A stretch of 64,000 nucleotides of DNA. It comes from Hydrurus foetidus (lineage: Eukaryota). Positions within the stretch are counted from its first letter, which is position 1. Each line of letters opens with the position of its first letter. Both the position numbers and the translations under genes were made by a program. Below the pieces are notes generated by a model that searched no databases, was not told where the DNA came from, and saw only the letters and a program-made list of their open reading frames with translations. Shown here piece after piece: positions 1-10,735 of this stretch. Location of the stretch: the NCBI GenBank assembly GCA_900617105.1, contig UYFQ01000001.1, forward strand, positions 2,914,001 to 2,978,000. The letters are read 5' to 3'.

Positions 1-487
1 TTTAAAAACCCCCGAAGCCGCGTGGCCCGTGCCGCAAAGCTTGCCCGACTGGCTGGCGCTGATGGGCGGCCTGAGTTTTGCCATTACCAATGTGCTGCTG
101 CGCAAATCTGCCGACACACCCGCAGACGCCCGCATGCTGGCCATGTTTGGCGGTGGTGCAGCTTTAGCTAGCGCTGCGGCGCTGATTGGCATGAGCCAGC
201 AGATCGTTCCCGCTCCTGCGCTGGCTACAGCGGGACTGCCCGTGCTGATTGGGTTGAGCATTGCCTTTTTAGTCAGTAATTTCGCGCTGCAGTACGGTGC
301 GGCACGCTTGGCGGCCAGCACCACGGCGCTCATCATGCTGACAGAAATTTTGTTTGCCAGCGGCTCGTCGGCACTACTGGACGCAGCTGAATTCCCGCCG
401 CGACTGTTGATAGGCGGCAGCTTGATTGTGTTGGCAGCGCTGCTGGCGGCACTCGCACCAGAGCGCGACAAAGCGCAAACCACCTGA
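1..487 (+). CDS. DMT/EamA family transporter, C-terminal part (start lies upstream of the window)
   Basis: Several hydrophobic helices; 'LQYGAARLAASTTALIMLTEILFA' is typical of the second EamA repeat. Confidence 0.75.
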   Translation, partial: LKTPEAAWPVPQSLPDWLALMGGLSFAITNVLLRKSADTPADARMLAMFGGGAALASAAALIGMSQQIVPAPALATAGLPVLIGLSIAFLVSNFALQYGAARLAASTTALIMLTEILFASGSSALLDAAEFPPRLLIGGSLIVLAALLAALAPERDKAQTT

Positions 488-530
488 ATGCAGCAAAATC
501 TGAAGTTCCATCACTGAGAAAGTTAATGTC

Positions 531-1022
531 ATGTCAGACAAAACCATTTACGACTTTGACGCCAAGTCCATCAGCGGCAAAGATGTGCCTTTAAGCGACT
601 TCAAAGGCAAGGTGCTTTTAATCGTCAACACGGCCAGCAAATGCGGTTTTACCCCGCAGTTTGGCGGGCTGGAAGAGCTGCACAAAACGTATGCTGGCAA
701 AGGTTTGGCAGTGCTGGGGTTTCCGTGCAACCAGTTTGGCTCGCAAGACCCGGGCGCTGACGGTGAGATTGCTGAGTTTTGTCAGGTCAACTACGGCGTG
801 AGCTTTCCCATGATGGGCAAAATCGATGTCAACGGCCCCGCCGCGCACCCGCTGTACAAGTGGATGAGCGCTGAAGCACCCGGCCTTTTAGGCAGCAAAG
901 CCATCAAGTGGAACTTCACTAAATTTTTGGTGGGCAAAGACGGCCAGGTCATCAAACGCTACGCGCCGACTGACAAGCCTGCAGACCTGGCTAAAGATGT
1001 TGAGAAGGCTTTGGCGGCCTAA
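531..1022 (+). CDS. Glutathione peroxidase
   Basis: VNTASKCGFTPQ, LGFPCNQFGSQ and IKWNFTKFLV signatures. Confidence 0.95.
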   Translation: MSDKTIYDFDAKSISGKDVPLSDFKGKVLLIVNTASKCGFTPQFGGLEELHKTYAGKGLAVLGFPCNQFGSQDPGADGEIAEFCQVNYGVSFPMMGKIDVNGPAAHPLYKWMSAEAPGLLGSKAIKWNFTKFLVGKDGQVIKRYAPTDKPADLAKDVEKALAA

Positions 1023-1121
1023 AAACACGATCTAATTGGGCTGTAGCCCAATTAACACGGGCGCAAGCAGCTATGAAAATAGTTGCTTTCGGCCCGACTG
1101 TTTTGTATTCACGATAACCCG

Positions 1122-1796
1122 ATGATTGAACTCCACTACTACCCCAGCACTGCGTCAATGGCGCCGCACATTTTGCTGCACGAACTTGGCATGCCACACA
1201 GGCTGGTGCTGGTAGACCGCACGCAAAATGCGCAAAAGATGACGGGCTACTTAAAGCTCAACCCCAATGGGCTGATTCCGGTGCTGATAGACAAGCGCAG
1301 CGATGGCAATGTGGTGTTGTACGAATCCGCCGCCATTTGCCTACACCTGTGCGACACGCACCTGGATGCCGGATTGGCCCCGGCACTTGGCACGCCAGAG
1401 CGCGCACATTTTTACAAGTGGCTGATGTGGCTGACGAACACCTTGCAGGCTACTTTGATCACTTACTTTTACCCTGAGCGGTGGGTCAATTCGGGCAATG
1501 TGTCGGGCGTGTCACAAGTCAAGGCGCACTCTGAAGTCAAAGTGGGCTTGCTGCTTGACCAGCTTGATGATGAGCTGGCCAAGCACAGCAAATCGCATGC
1601 GGCGCCGTGGTTGCTGGGCGCAAACTATTCTGCTGTTGATGCGTACACGCTGATGTTGTGCCGCTGGACGCGCAACTTTGACTCGCCGCCTGCACGGGCG
1701 CGGCAACACTTGGGGCCGTACTTGCAACGCATGCTGGCAAGGCCTGCGGTGATGAAAGCGTTTGCGGCTGAGGAGTTGGAGCAGCCTTGGGTTTGA
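1122..1796 (+). CDS. Glutathione S-transferase family protein
   Basis: LNPNGLIPVL, LYESAAICLHL, YSAVDAY; ATG at 1122 preferred over the TTG extension. Confidence 0.9.
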   Translation: MIELHYYPSTASMAPHILLHELGMPHRLVLVDRTQNAQKMTGYLKLNPNGLIPVLIDKRSDGNVVLYESAAICLHLCDTHLDAGLAPALGTPERAHFYKWLMWLTNTLQATLITYFYPERWVNSGNVSGVSQVKAHSEVKVGLLLDQLDDELAKHSKSHAAPWLLGANYSAVDAYTLMLCRWTRNFDSPPARARQHLGPYLQRMLARPAVMKAFAAEELEQPWV

Positions 1797-1824
1797 TGCC
1801 ACACCTGCATGCACATTTCAAAAC

Positions 1825-2208
1825 ATGAAAAAACAAAAGCGCTTACAAATCAAGCCCATCCGTACGGCTGAGGATTACCAGGCTGCTCTGGCGTTGGTTG
1901 CGCCTTATTTTGACAACGAACCAGAAATCGACAGCGATGCTGGCGCGCACTTTGAAGCGATGGTGACCTTGATTGAAGCTTATGAAGCCAAGCATTACCC
2001 CATCACGCCACCTGATCCGATTGAGGCCATTTTGTTTCGCATGGAGCAACAAGGCCTGAAACCAAAAGACTTGGAACCCATGATCGGCCAACGCAACAGG
2101 GTGTACGAGGTACTGAACGGCAAACGTAAACTGACCATGGCCATGGTGTGGCGTTTGCACACTGGTCTGGGAATTCCGGCAGAGAGTTTGATTCGCCAGC
2201 CGGGGTAG
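1825..2208 (+). CDS. HigA-like HTH antitoxin/transcriptional regulator
   Basis: IKPIRTAEDYQAAL...LIEAYE...PDPIEAILFRMEQQGL...YEVLNGKRKLT...LGIPAESLI. Confidence 0.85.
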   Translation: MKKQKRLQIKPIRTAEDYQAALALVAPYFDNEPEIDSDAGAHFEAMVTLIEAYEAKHYPITPPDPIEAILFRMEQQGLKPKDLEPMIGQRNRVYEVLNGKRKLTMAMVWRLHTGLGIPAESLIRQPG

Positions 2209-2237
2209 CCTTTTCGCGCAGGCGCGCACAACCATTT

Positions 2238-2939
2238 CTACGCCGACGGCGGCGGCGCGCCCACCTTGCGCAAAAAGTTGGCCAGTGTTTTGCCCGCTTC
2301 TTGTTTGAAGCCGGCATCGAGTACTTTGCTGCTTTGAATTCGGTCCACCCGAAAATTGCGGAAGTCGTCCCGCTCTTCGCACCACGCCGCCAGCGTCCAC
2401 ACTTTGCCCCAGTAAAAGCAACCTAGCGGGCGAACCGTGCGTTTGCTGCTCATGCCCTTCGGGTCTTGGTACGTGATGTGTACTTTGCACTGGGCTTGCA
2501 CTGCCTCGCGCAGGCTTTGCAAGCGCTGGCTGGTGGCGGCGTCCAAACCGGTCATTACGTTTAGCGGTGCGTAAACGGCCTGGCTTTCGGCAGCGGCTCG
2601 CGCAGCGGTGGGCAGCACCGACAAGATTTTGCTGAGCGCAAGTTCAGCGTCGGCCGCCAAGCCTGCATCTAAACCAATTTGCGCCACGCGCACTGCCACC
2701 ACCAGTGCCTTGGCTTCTTCTTGCGTGAACATCAACGGCGGCAAATCAAAGCCGGCACCCAGCCGGTAGCCCACACCCGCTTCACCTTCAATCGGCACGC
2801 CCTGGTGCTGCAAATCGGCCACGTCGCGGTAGATGGTGCGGCTGGTCACAGACAGCCGTTCAGCCAAATAAGCAGCCGTGCTCAACCTGCGGCCACGAAT
2901 GAGTTGCACGAGTTGAAAAAGGCGGTCTGCGCGGCGCAT
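2238..2939 (-). CDS. YafY-family HTH-WYL transcriptional regulator
   Basis: MRRADRLFQLVQ, RTIYRDV, RTVRPLG, WTLAAWCEERDDFRNFRVDRI. Confidence 0.92.
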   Translation of the reverse strand: MRRADRLFQLVQLIRGRRLSTAAYLAERLSVTSRTIYRDVADLQHQGVPIEGEAGVGYRLGAGFDLPPLMFTQEEAKALVVAVRVAQIGLDAGLAADAELALSKILSVLPTAARAAAESQAVYAPLNVMTGLDAATSQRLQSLREAVQAQCKVHITYQDPKGMSSKRTVRPLGCFYWGKVWTLAAWCEERDDFRNFRVDRIQSSKVLDAGFKQEAGKTLANFLRKVGAPPPSA

Positions 2940-3034
2940 AGAGCTTGTTTTAGGGCATTTTTATGCTTGTTTTAGGGTTGTAGGCCAATAAATTCAGGCT
3001 CTGGCAGCTCTGTTTTATATAGCAAATTAAACAG

Positions 3035-3490
3035 CTAGACCTTAACGCCAATATGAATAGCTACCGTGTCAGCACCCGAGTAAACCTCAAAATCTGTCCC
3101 GTAGCTGCGCTGCACGCTGGGGTTGCTTTGAAAGTACTGCCACACCACGCCCCAGGTTTGCAGCACCGTTTGCGGCATGGGCCCAGTGGCGCTGAAGACC
3201 AGATACTCGCCCGCTTGCAGCGCCAACTGGCCTATGGGCGTTAAAACCGCCACGCCTGCTGTCACGTCAAAAGCGCCCGTGTAGTCTGACTCGTAGCCCG
3301 AATACACGCCGTAGATGGGCGAGCCATCCAACTTGTTGGGCAGCTTGTCAAACAAGCCTTCGCTGAAAAACTGGCCCCACAGGCCCGCGATTTTGCCGGT
3401 AACTGGATTGAATTCCGCGGCGTTGGCGGTACGCACGGAGATGCCGGAGATTGCTTGCGGCATGGCAAGAGTTTGGGGAGTGGGTTGCAT
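3035..3490 (-). CDS. GyrI-like small-molecule/effector-binding protein
   Basis: GISVRTANA, KIAGLW, YGVYSGYESD, GEYLVF, RSYGTDFEVY. Confidence 0.85.
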   Translation of the reverse strand: MQPTPQTLAMPQAISGISVRTANAAEFNPVTGKIAGLWGQFFSEGLFDKLPNKLDGSPIYGVYSGYESDYTGAFDVTAGVAVLTPIGQLALQAGEYLVFSATGPMPQTVLQTWGVVWQYFQSNPSVQRSYGTDFEVYSGADTVAIHIGVKV

Positions 3491-3562
3491 GAAAGAACTC
3501 CTGTTAACCATCTTGATACTTTACAGCCCGAGTAAGGCTGCAGCTTTTTGCATTGCGCAGGC

Positions 3563-3940
3563 TTAAGCCAAGGCGTGCAGGCCAACCCGGTTGCCATCAA
3601 GGTCGGTGATGTGCGCGAAAAAACCCATTCCCGGTGGCAAGGCCTGGCGCGGCACGGCGATTTGCCCGCCTGCTTTGGTAGCCCGCGCCAATGCTGCGTC
3701 AAGCGAAGGCGATGCGTCCAGATAAATCAAGATGCCAGCAGCGCCCGGCTTAGGAGCTGTGGGTCCGCACATCAGCGCACCGCCCGTGCCGTCTGCCGCT
3801 TCGTCGTAGGCAAACACTGCGCCTTCTGAAGGACCCATGTTTTCCAGTCGCATCGTGCGCGCTAAAACCGCTTCGTAAAACGCGGTGGCGTTTTTCAAAT
3901 TGGCGGTACCGATTTCAAACCAAGTAATAGCGTTTTTCAT
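3563..3940 (-). CDS. VOC/glyoxalase family protein
   Basis: ITWFEI, FYEAVL, GFFAHITDLDGNRVGLH. Confidence 0.9.
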   Translation of the reverse strand: MKNAITWFEIGTANLKNATAFYEAVLARTMRLENMGPSEGAVFAYDEAADGTGGALMCGPTAPKPGAAGILIYLDASPSLDAALARATKAGGQIAVPRQALPPGMGFFAHITDLDGNRVGLHALA

Positions 3941-3984
3941 GAAAGACCCCTGTTTTGTTGAAGGAGCCTTGATCATGCCGGGGG

Positions 3985-4010
3985 GCTACTGACAGCGTGG
4001 TGTCAGTAGC
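3985..4010. promoter_or_regulatory. Palindromic operator, probable WYL (YafY) regulator site
   Basis: Perfect inverted repeat GCTACTGACA-N6-TGTCAGTAGC about 45 bp upstream of the VOC-GyrI-YafY cluster; no U-tract. Confidence 0.6.
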
Positions 4011-4017
4011 GTGTCGA

Positions 4018-5256
4018 TTAACTTGAAATCAGTGCGTCATCCAACACTTCAACCCAATGCCGCACCGGTGTAGCGGTGCCGCTTTGCAGATGCGTGATGC
4101 AGCCAATGTTGGCTGACACGATGACTTCGGGTTTCATCTCGCTTAAGTTGCCGAGCTTGCGGTCGCGCAGCTCATACGCGATTTTGGGTTGCAGCACGGA
4201 GTACGTGCCTGCCGAGCCGCAGCACAGATGCGCATCACAACTGGCAGTTTTCACGTTAAAGCCCAGCGCGCCCAGGTGCTGCTCTACCGCGCCGCGCAAT
4301 TGCTGGCCGTGTTGCAAAGTACACGGTGGGTGAAAGGCGATTTGACCGGCTTTGGCTGTTACTTTGGGCCTGAGGACCTCAACCAAATCAGGCAGCAGCT
4401 CGCTCAAGTCGCGGGTCATTGCGCTGATGCGTTCGGCCTTGGCGGCGTACTGTGCGTCGTCACGTAATGCATGGCCGTAGTCTTTGACCATGCTGCCGCA
4501 GCCTGATGCGTTCATCACAATTGACTCCACACCCGGCTCATCGCCGGCCTCAACATGCGGCCACCACGCGTCGATATTGCGGCGCATCTCGTTCTTGGCG
4601 CCGTCGTGGTCGTTCAGGTGAAATTTAACTGCGCCGCAGCAACCGGCTTTTTTAGCCACCACCACTTGCACGCCTGCAGCGTCGAGCACGCGTGCAGTAG
4701 CTGAGTTGATGTTGGGCGACATGGCGGGCTGCACGCAGCCTTCCAGCATCAGCACTTTGCGGGCGTGGTTGCCAGAAGGCATCGCGCCTGATGGCCGCTT
4801 GGCAGGCACCTTGCTTTTTATGGCTGCAGGCAGCAGGCCGCGCACCGCTTGGCCCACCGCCATGGCGGGCTTGAAAAGCGGCGAAGGCAATCCTTCCTTA
4901 AGCGCCCAGCGCACGGCTTTTTCAGCCAGCGGCCTTTCTACTCTTTCGTCGACCAGCTTGCGGCCAATGTCGATGAGGTGGCCGTACTGCACGCCGCTGG
5001 GACAAGTCGTTTCGCAGTTGCGGCAGGTCAGGCAGCGGTCTAAATGCAATTGCGTTTTGCGGGTAGGCGCGTGGCCTTCCAGTACTTGTTTGATGAGGTA
5101 AATGCGGCCACGCGGGCCATCAAGCTCGTCACCCAACAGTTGATAAGTGGGGCAAGTGGCCGTGCAAAAGCCGCAGTGCACGCACTTGCGCAAAATGGCT
5201 TCGGCTTCCTGGCCTTCGGCCGTGTTTTTAAACTCTGGCGCTAAATTGGTTTGCAT
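4018..5256 (-). CDS. glcF: Glycolate oxidase iron-sulfur subunit
   Basis: CVHCGFCTATCP, CLTCRNCETTCP, two CCG domains. Confidence 0.95.
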   Translation of the reverse strand: MQTNLAPEFKNTAEGQEAEAILRKCVHCGFCTATCPTYQLLGDELDGPRGRIYLIKQVLEGHAPTRKTQLHLDRCLTCRNCETTCPSGVQYGHLIDIGRKLVDERVERPLAEKAVRWALKEGLPSPLFKPAMAVGQAVRGLLPAAIKSKVPAKRPSGAMPSGNHARKVLMLEGCVQPAMSPNINSATARVLDAAGVQVVVAKKAGCCGAVKFHLNDHDGAKNEMRRNIDAWWPHVEAGDEPGVESIVMNASGCGSMVKDYGHALRDDAQYAAKAERISAMTRDLSELLPDLVEVLRPKVTAKAGQIAFHPPCTLQHGQQLRGAVEQHLGALGFNVKTASCDAHLCCGSAGTYSVLQPKIAYELRDRKLGNLSEMKPEVIVSANIGCITHLQSGTATPVRHWVEVLDDALISS

Positions 5257-5288
5257 GATCTGTAAGCCTTTTTCACCAATTTATTGAT

Positions 5289-6398
5289 TTACCAATTGGC
5301 GGACAAGCGATTGGGGTTGAACACACCGGCAGGGTCAAACTCGCGCTTTAATTCGCGGTGAATTCGGTCTAGCGGCGGTTTTAAGGCATAAAATCGGGCT
5401 GTAGCCCTTGTTTTACGGGCGCCAGCAGCTACAAATAGCGTAGCGTGCCCGCCGTGTGCGGATGCAGCCTGGCGCAGCTGCTCAGCGCAGTCAGGCGCTG
5501 CCTGCAGCCATCGCAGACCGCCGTGCCATTCGAGTAACGGCAGGCCGGGCAAATCAAGCGGCGGTGTGGTTTGCGGCACCGACAGGCGCCACAAGTCGTG
5601 TTCAGCGCTGCGGCCGGTAAACCACTGCAATTGTTGGTCTCTGGCCCGTTGCCAGTCGGCGCTGGCAAGCGCGTTGTCAATTTTTTGACCGCCTAGCTTG
5701 GTGCAGGCAGACTCGACTGCCGCCTTTGCTCCCCGCAGGCGCAAGTACAGCATGCCAACGCCGCCTTCGCTCAGCCAACAGCTGGCGTTAAGTGGCAGGG
5801 GTTGGCCGCCCCAGGCGTTGAGCTTTTGCAGTGCCTCGGCTTGGGTCATTTCAAACTTTAGGGTGGCCTCAAGCGGGGCAATTGGCAGTACCTTGATGCT
5901 GATTTCAATCAGCAGCCCCAGCGTGCCCATGGCGCCCACCATCAGGCGCGACACGTCGTAGCCCGCCACGTTTTTCATGACCTGGCCGCCAAAGGTTAAA
6001 TGCTTGCCCTTGCCGTTAATGAGTTTGACGCCCAGCACGTAGTCGCGCACGGCGCCCACGCTGGCCCTGGCGGGGCCGCTTAAGCCAGCGGCGACCATGC
6101 CGCCTACCGTCGAATCACCGGCGAAATGAGGTGGCTCAAACGGCAGGCATTGGCCTTGCGCCAGCAGCAATGCCTCCAGCTCAGCTAATGGCGTGCCTGC
6201 CATCGCAGTAATGACCAGCTCGCTTGGCTCGTAGCTGATGACGCCGCTAAGCGGTGTCGTGTCCAGGATGTCGCCCTGCAGGGTTTCGCCGTAAAAGTCT
6301 TTGCTGCCGCCGCCGCGTATGCGCAGCTTGCTGCCGTTGGCTGCTGCTGCGCGAATGCGATCAATCGCTGCCGGGACGAAATCTGTGCTTAAAACCAT
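5289..6398 (-). CDS. glcE: Glycolate oxidase FAD-binding subunit
   Basis: RGGGSKDFYG, YEPSELV, GGQVMKNVAGYDVSRL, FDPAGVFNP; adjacent to glcF. Confidence 0.93.
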   Translation of the reverse strand: MVLSTDFVPAAIDRIRAAAANGSKLRIRGGGSKDFYGETLQGDILDTTPLSGVISYEPSELVITAMAGTPLAELEALLLAQGQCLPFEPPHFAGDSTVGGMVAAGLSGPARASVGAVRDYVLGVKLINGKGKHLTFGGQVMKNVAGYDVSRLMVGAMGTLGLLIEISIKVLPIAPLEATLKFEMTQAEALQKLNAWGGQPLPLNASCWLSEGGVGMLYLRLRGAKAAVESACTKLGGQKIDNALASADWQRARDQQLQWFTGRSAEHDLWRLSVPQTTPPLDLPGLPLLEWHGGLRWLQAAPDCAEQLRQAASAHGGHATLFVAAGARKTRATARFYALKPPLDRIHRELKREFDPAGVFNPNRLSANW

Positions 6399-6512
6399 TA
6401 CCTAATGGTACGCGGCTGGCTAGGCGACCTCTGTGAATTTTTTGAACAACCTTTGTTCGGTTATTTACGGCGATGGTTTGATGGGCTATTTACCAACGGC
6501 AGGTCGCCGCAG

Positions 6513-7424
6513 TTATTCGTTGCGAAAGAAGTTAACCGGCAGCCCGGGCACATCAACACGCGCTGAAAATACGCAGCCCGACTGTGGGTAGGCGTGCAGC
6601 TCGGTATCGCTGCGGTTGTAACGCGCCGTGGTGACGTACAGCGTTTTTAAATCGTCGCCACCAAAGCAGGGCATGGTGGGGCACTGGGCAGGCACGGCAA
6701 TGCTGGCCAACTCCACGCCTGCGGGCGACAGCTTGCAAATGCGTGCGCCTTCAAACATGGCAACGTAGTAGTTGCCTTCAACATCTACCGCCGCGCCGTC
6801 AGGGCGGCCGCCATAGCCACCGTAGCCTTCTTGCCCGAATTGCCAGGCTGCTGGCTTGCCCGGCCACTGTTTGAAAACGCGTTCGCGGCTCATCAGGTTG
6901 GCTCTAGCGTCCCAGTCCCAGGCGCGCACGGTGTGGGTGGGCGTGTCGGCCCAATAAATGGTTTTAGCGTCAGGCGACCAGGCCAAGCCGTTGGCAATGG
7001 TGGCGTGGCTGACTTTTGCCTCAAGCGCCGCGCCGGTCAAGGTAAACAGCTGTGCATTTGCCGCCGTGCGGGGCTCAAACATCGTGCCCGCCCAAAACCG
7101 CCCCACCGGGTCAGCCTTGCCATCGTTAAAACGGGTGGTGGCGGTGTCGTGCACGGCATCGGCCAGCTTGACCAGCTCGCCACCCCAGCTGCGCGCCCGG
7201 TAAATGCCGTCACGCAGCGCCACAATCAGGCCGCCGGATTCAGCTGGCGCCATGCAGCCAGGCTCACTCGGCATGGCCCAGCTTTCAACATTACCCATAA
7301 ACACATTGCAGCGGTGAATGTGCTGCCCGGGAATGTCGACCCAGTACAGCATTTGCTCAACAGGATGCCAAAACGGCGATTCGCCAAGCGCGTAGGTCTG
7401 AGGGGTGAGGGCTTGCCAGTGCAT
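6513..7424 (-). CDS. SMP-30/gluconolactonase family protein
   Basis: LGESPFW, RFNDGKADP, NGLAWSPD, RPDGAAVD, FGGDDLKTLYVTTA. Confidence 0.92.
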   Translation of the reverse strand: MHWQALTPQTYALGESPFWHPVEQMLYWVDIPGQHIHRCNVFMGNVESWAMPSEPGCMAPAESGGLIVALRDGIYRARSWGGELVKLADAVHDTATTRFNDGKADPVGRFWAGTMFEPRTAANAQLFTLTGAALEAKVSHATIANGLAWSPDAKTIYWADTPTHTVRAWDWDARANLMSRERVFKQWPGKPAAWQFGQEGYGGYGGRPDGAAVDVEGNYYVAMFEGARICKLSPAGVELASIAVPAQCPTMPCFGGDDLKTLYVTTARYNRSDTELHAYPQSGCVFSARVDVPGLPVNFFRNE

Positions 7425-7569
7425 GGATAAACCGGTGGGTTGCTTTTTAAATCGCTTGCTTTGAATGCATCCTAGCATTAAGAATTAGCTCGAAAACAGC
7501 TATGTTTTATATAGCTGCTTACGCCCAAATTTACTGGGCTGTGACCTCATTTAATGCCTAAAAACAATT

Positions 7570-7606
7570 AAAAAATCCCACAGACCTTGCAGTCTGCGGG
7601 CTTTTT
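7570..7606. terminator. Probable intrinsic terminator downstream of amtB
   Basis: CCCACAGAC-CTTGCA-GTCTGCGGG stem flanked by A- and T-runs. Confidence 0.6.
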
Positions 7607-7636
7607 GGTTTCTACGCGCCATTGACGCGCTGTGGC

Positions 7637-9199
7637 TTAGCGGTTGTAAGCGGTTTCGCCATGTGACGTGATGTCCAAGCCTTCGCGTTCGTCTTCTTCG
7701 TTGACACGCAAGCCGATGGTCAGGTCAACAATCTTGTAGGCAATAAATGACACCAAACCCGACCACACGACAGTAATCAGCACGGCTTTGGTTTGTACCC
7801 AGACTTGCGAAACGATTGAATAGTCAGCAACCGTCACCATGGTCACAGTGACCCAGTCAGCTACGTAGCCAGGGCCGCCAAGTGAAGGCGAGTTGAACAC
7901 GCCGGTCAAAATGGCGCCCAAAATGCCGCCAATACCGTGAATGCCGAACACGTCGAGTGAGTCATCAGCGCCCAACATTTTCTTCAGGCCGTTCACGCCC
8001 CACAGGCAAGCAAAACCAGCCAGCAAACCAATGACCAAGCCGCCGCCGATACCAACGTTACCGGCTGCAGGCGTGATGGCTACCAAGCCAGCCACTGCGC
8101 CAGACGCGGCACCCAACATCGATGCCTTGCCCTTCATCAGCGCCTCGCCAGCGCACCAGGCCAGTACTGCAGCTGCGGTTGCGCCGAGAGTGTTGATGAA
8201 TGCCAACGCTGCGAAGCCATTTGCCTCAAGTGCTGAGCCGGCGTTAAAGCCGAACCAGCCCACCCACAGCAGCGCAGCGCCGACCATGGTCAGTGTCAGG
8301 CTGTGCGGGGCCATGGCTTCTTTGCCGTAGCCAACGCGCTTGCCGATAACGTAGGCGCCCACCAGTCCAGCAACCGCTGCGTTGATGTGCACCACCGTGC
8401 CGCCTGCGAAGTCAAGCGCGCCCATTTGCCAGATGTAGCCAGCAGTCGCACTGACTTTTTCAGCCACTTCTTTGCTGAGGTAAGCGTCAGGGCCGGCCCA
8501 GAACCACACCATATGCGCAATCGGTGCGTAGCTGAAGGTGAACCACAACGCCATGAACAGCAACACAGCCGAGAACTTGATGCGCTCTGCAAATGCGCCA
8601 ACAATCAGGCAGCAGGTGATGCCGGCAAAGGTCGCCTGGAAGGCGGCAAACACGATTTCAGGAATGTAAACACCTTTGCTGAACGTGGCGGCATTGGCGA
8701 ACGTGCCTGCGGCGTTGTCCCAAATGCCTTTCATGAACAAGCGGTCGAACCCGCCGAAGAAGGCGTTGCCCTCGGTGAACGCCAAGCTGTAGCCGTAGAT
8801 AAACCACAGCACCACAATCATTGAGAAAGTCACCATGACTTGCATCAGCACCGACAGCATGTTTTTGCTGCGCACCAAGCCGCCGTAGAACAAGGCCAAG
8901 CCTGGCACCACCATCAAAATCACCAAAATAGTGGACACCATCATCCAGGCGGTGTCGCCCTTGTTTGGAACAGGCGCAGGGGATGCAGATGCAGCGGCAG
9001 CTGGCGCAGGTGCAGCAGCAGCAGCAGGCGCGGCGGCAGCTGGTGCTGCAGTTGCGGGGGCTGCGACGGCAGGTTTCGCTGCCTCGGCAGATGCAGCAGG
9101 GGCTGGGGTAGCGGCTGGCGTAGTGGTTTGGGCGATGGCGGCGGTGCCACCAGCGAACAAGCTAAATCCCAAAATCAGGGAGGCAAAGAGTTTTTTCAT
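7637..9199 (-). CDS. amtB: Ammonium transporter
   Basis: DFAGGTVVHINA, WFGFNAGS, DDSLDVFGIHG; Ala/Pro-rich N-terminal linker after the signal peptide. Confidence 0.97.
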   Translation of the reverse strand: MKKLFASLILGFSLFAGGTAAIAQTTTPAATPAPAASAEAAKPAVAAPATAAPAAAAPAAAAAPAPAAAASASPAPVPNKGDTAWMMVSTILVILMVVPGLALFYGGLVRSKNMLSVLMQVMVTFSMIVVLWFIYGYSLAFTEGNAFFGGFDRLFMKGIWDNAAGTFANAATFSKGVYIPEIVFAAFQATFAGITCCLIVGAFAERIKFSAVLLFMALWFTFSYAPIAHMVWFWAGPDAYLSKEVAEKVSATAGYIWQMGALDFAGGTVVHINAAVAGLVGAYVIGKRVGYGKEAMAPHSLTLTMVGAALLWVGWFGFNAGSALEANGFAALAFINTLGATAAAVLAWCAGEALMKGKASMLGAASGAVAGLVAITPAAGNVGIGGGLVIGLLAGFACLWGVNGLKKMLGADDSLDVFGIHGIGGILGAILTGVFNSPSLGGPGYVADWVTVTMVTVADYSIVSQVWVQTKAVLITVVWSGLVSFIAYKIVDLTIGLRVNEEDEREGLDITSHGETAYNR

Positions 9200-9248
9200 G
9201 TCTGTGTTTCTTTTATGGAAAGGCGTTTAACAGTTAATGCGGCTCGAG

Positions 9249-10495
<1,247 letters not shown>

Positions 10496-10534
10496 TTGGG
10501 GTTCCGAAGGGTTGAGAATTTGTAGCAATGCACT

Positions 10535-10550
10535 AGCACTTTTCGTGCCA
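10535..10550 (-). promoter_or_regulatory. Sigma-54 (-24/-12) promoter for torF-glnK-amtB
   Basis: Minus strand TGGCAC-GAAAA-GTGCT, close to the TGGCAC-N5-TTGC consensus. Confidence 0.75.
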
Positions 10551-10630
10551 TGTGTGCACTAATGCGCGGCGGCGCGAGTCTACCTTTTGTTGCCCTGCCG
10601 CGTTAACTAATCTGTTACATAAGCCAAATG

Positions 10631-10716
10631 CGCACCGAATGATGCGCGGCAGTTAGTTCTTGCACCAAAACAAGGCGGCACTGCCCCTTAACCAGTTTGT
10701 GCACCGTTTTAATGCA
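10631..10716. promoter_or_regulatory. NtrC-like enhancer sites (three)
   Basis: CGCACCGAATGATGCGC (10631), TGCACCAAAACAAGGCG (10661), TGCACCGTTTTAATGCA (10700) resemble TGCACC-N5-GGTGCA, 80-165 bp upstream of the sigma-54 site. Confidence 0.65.
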
Positions 10717-10735
10717 CTAATCACCAAGGTTTATT

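Noticed and set aside
4018..6398. Missing glcD as evidence of pathway decay
   Set aside because: glcE and glcF are intact; glcD may lie outside the window
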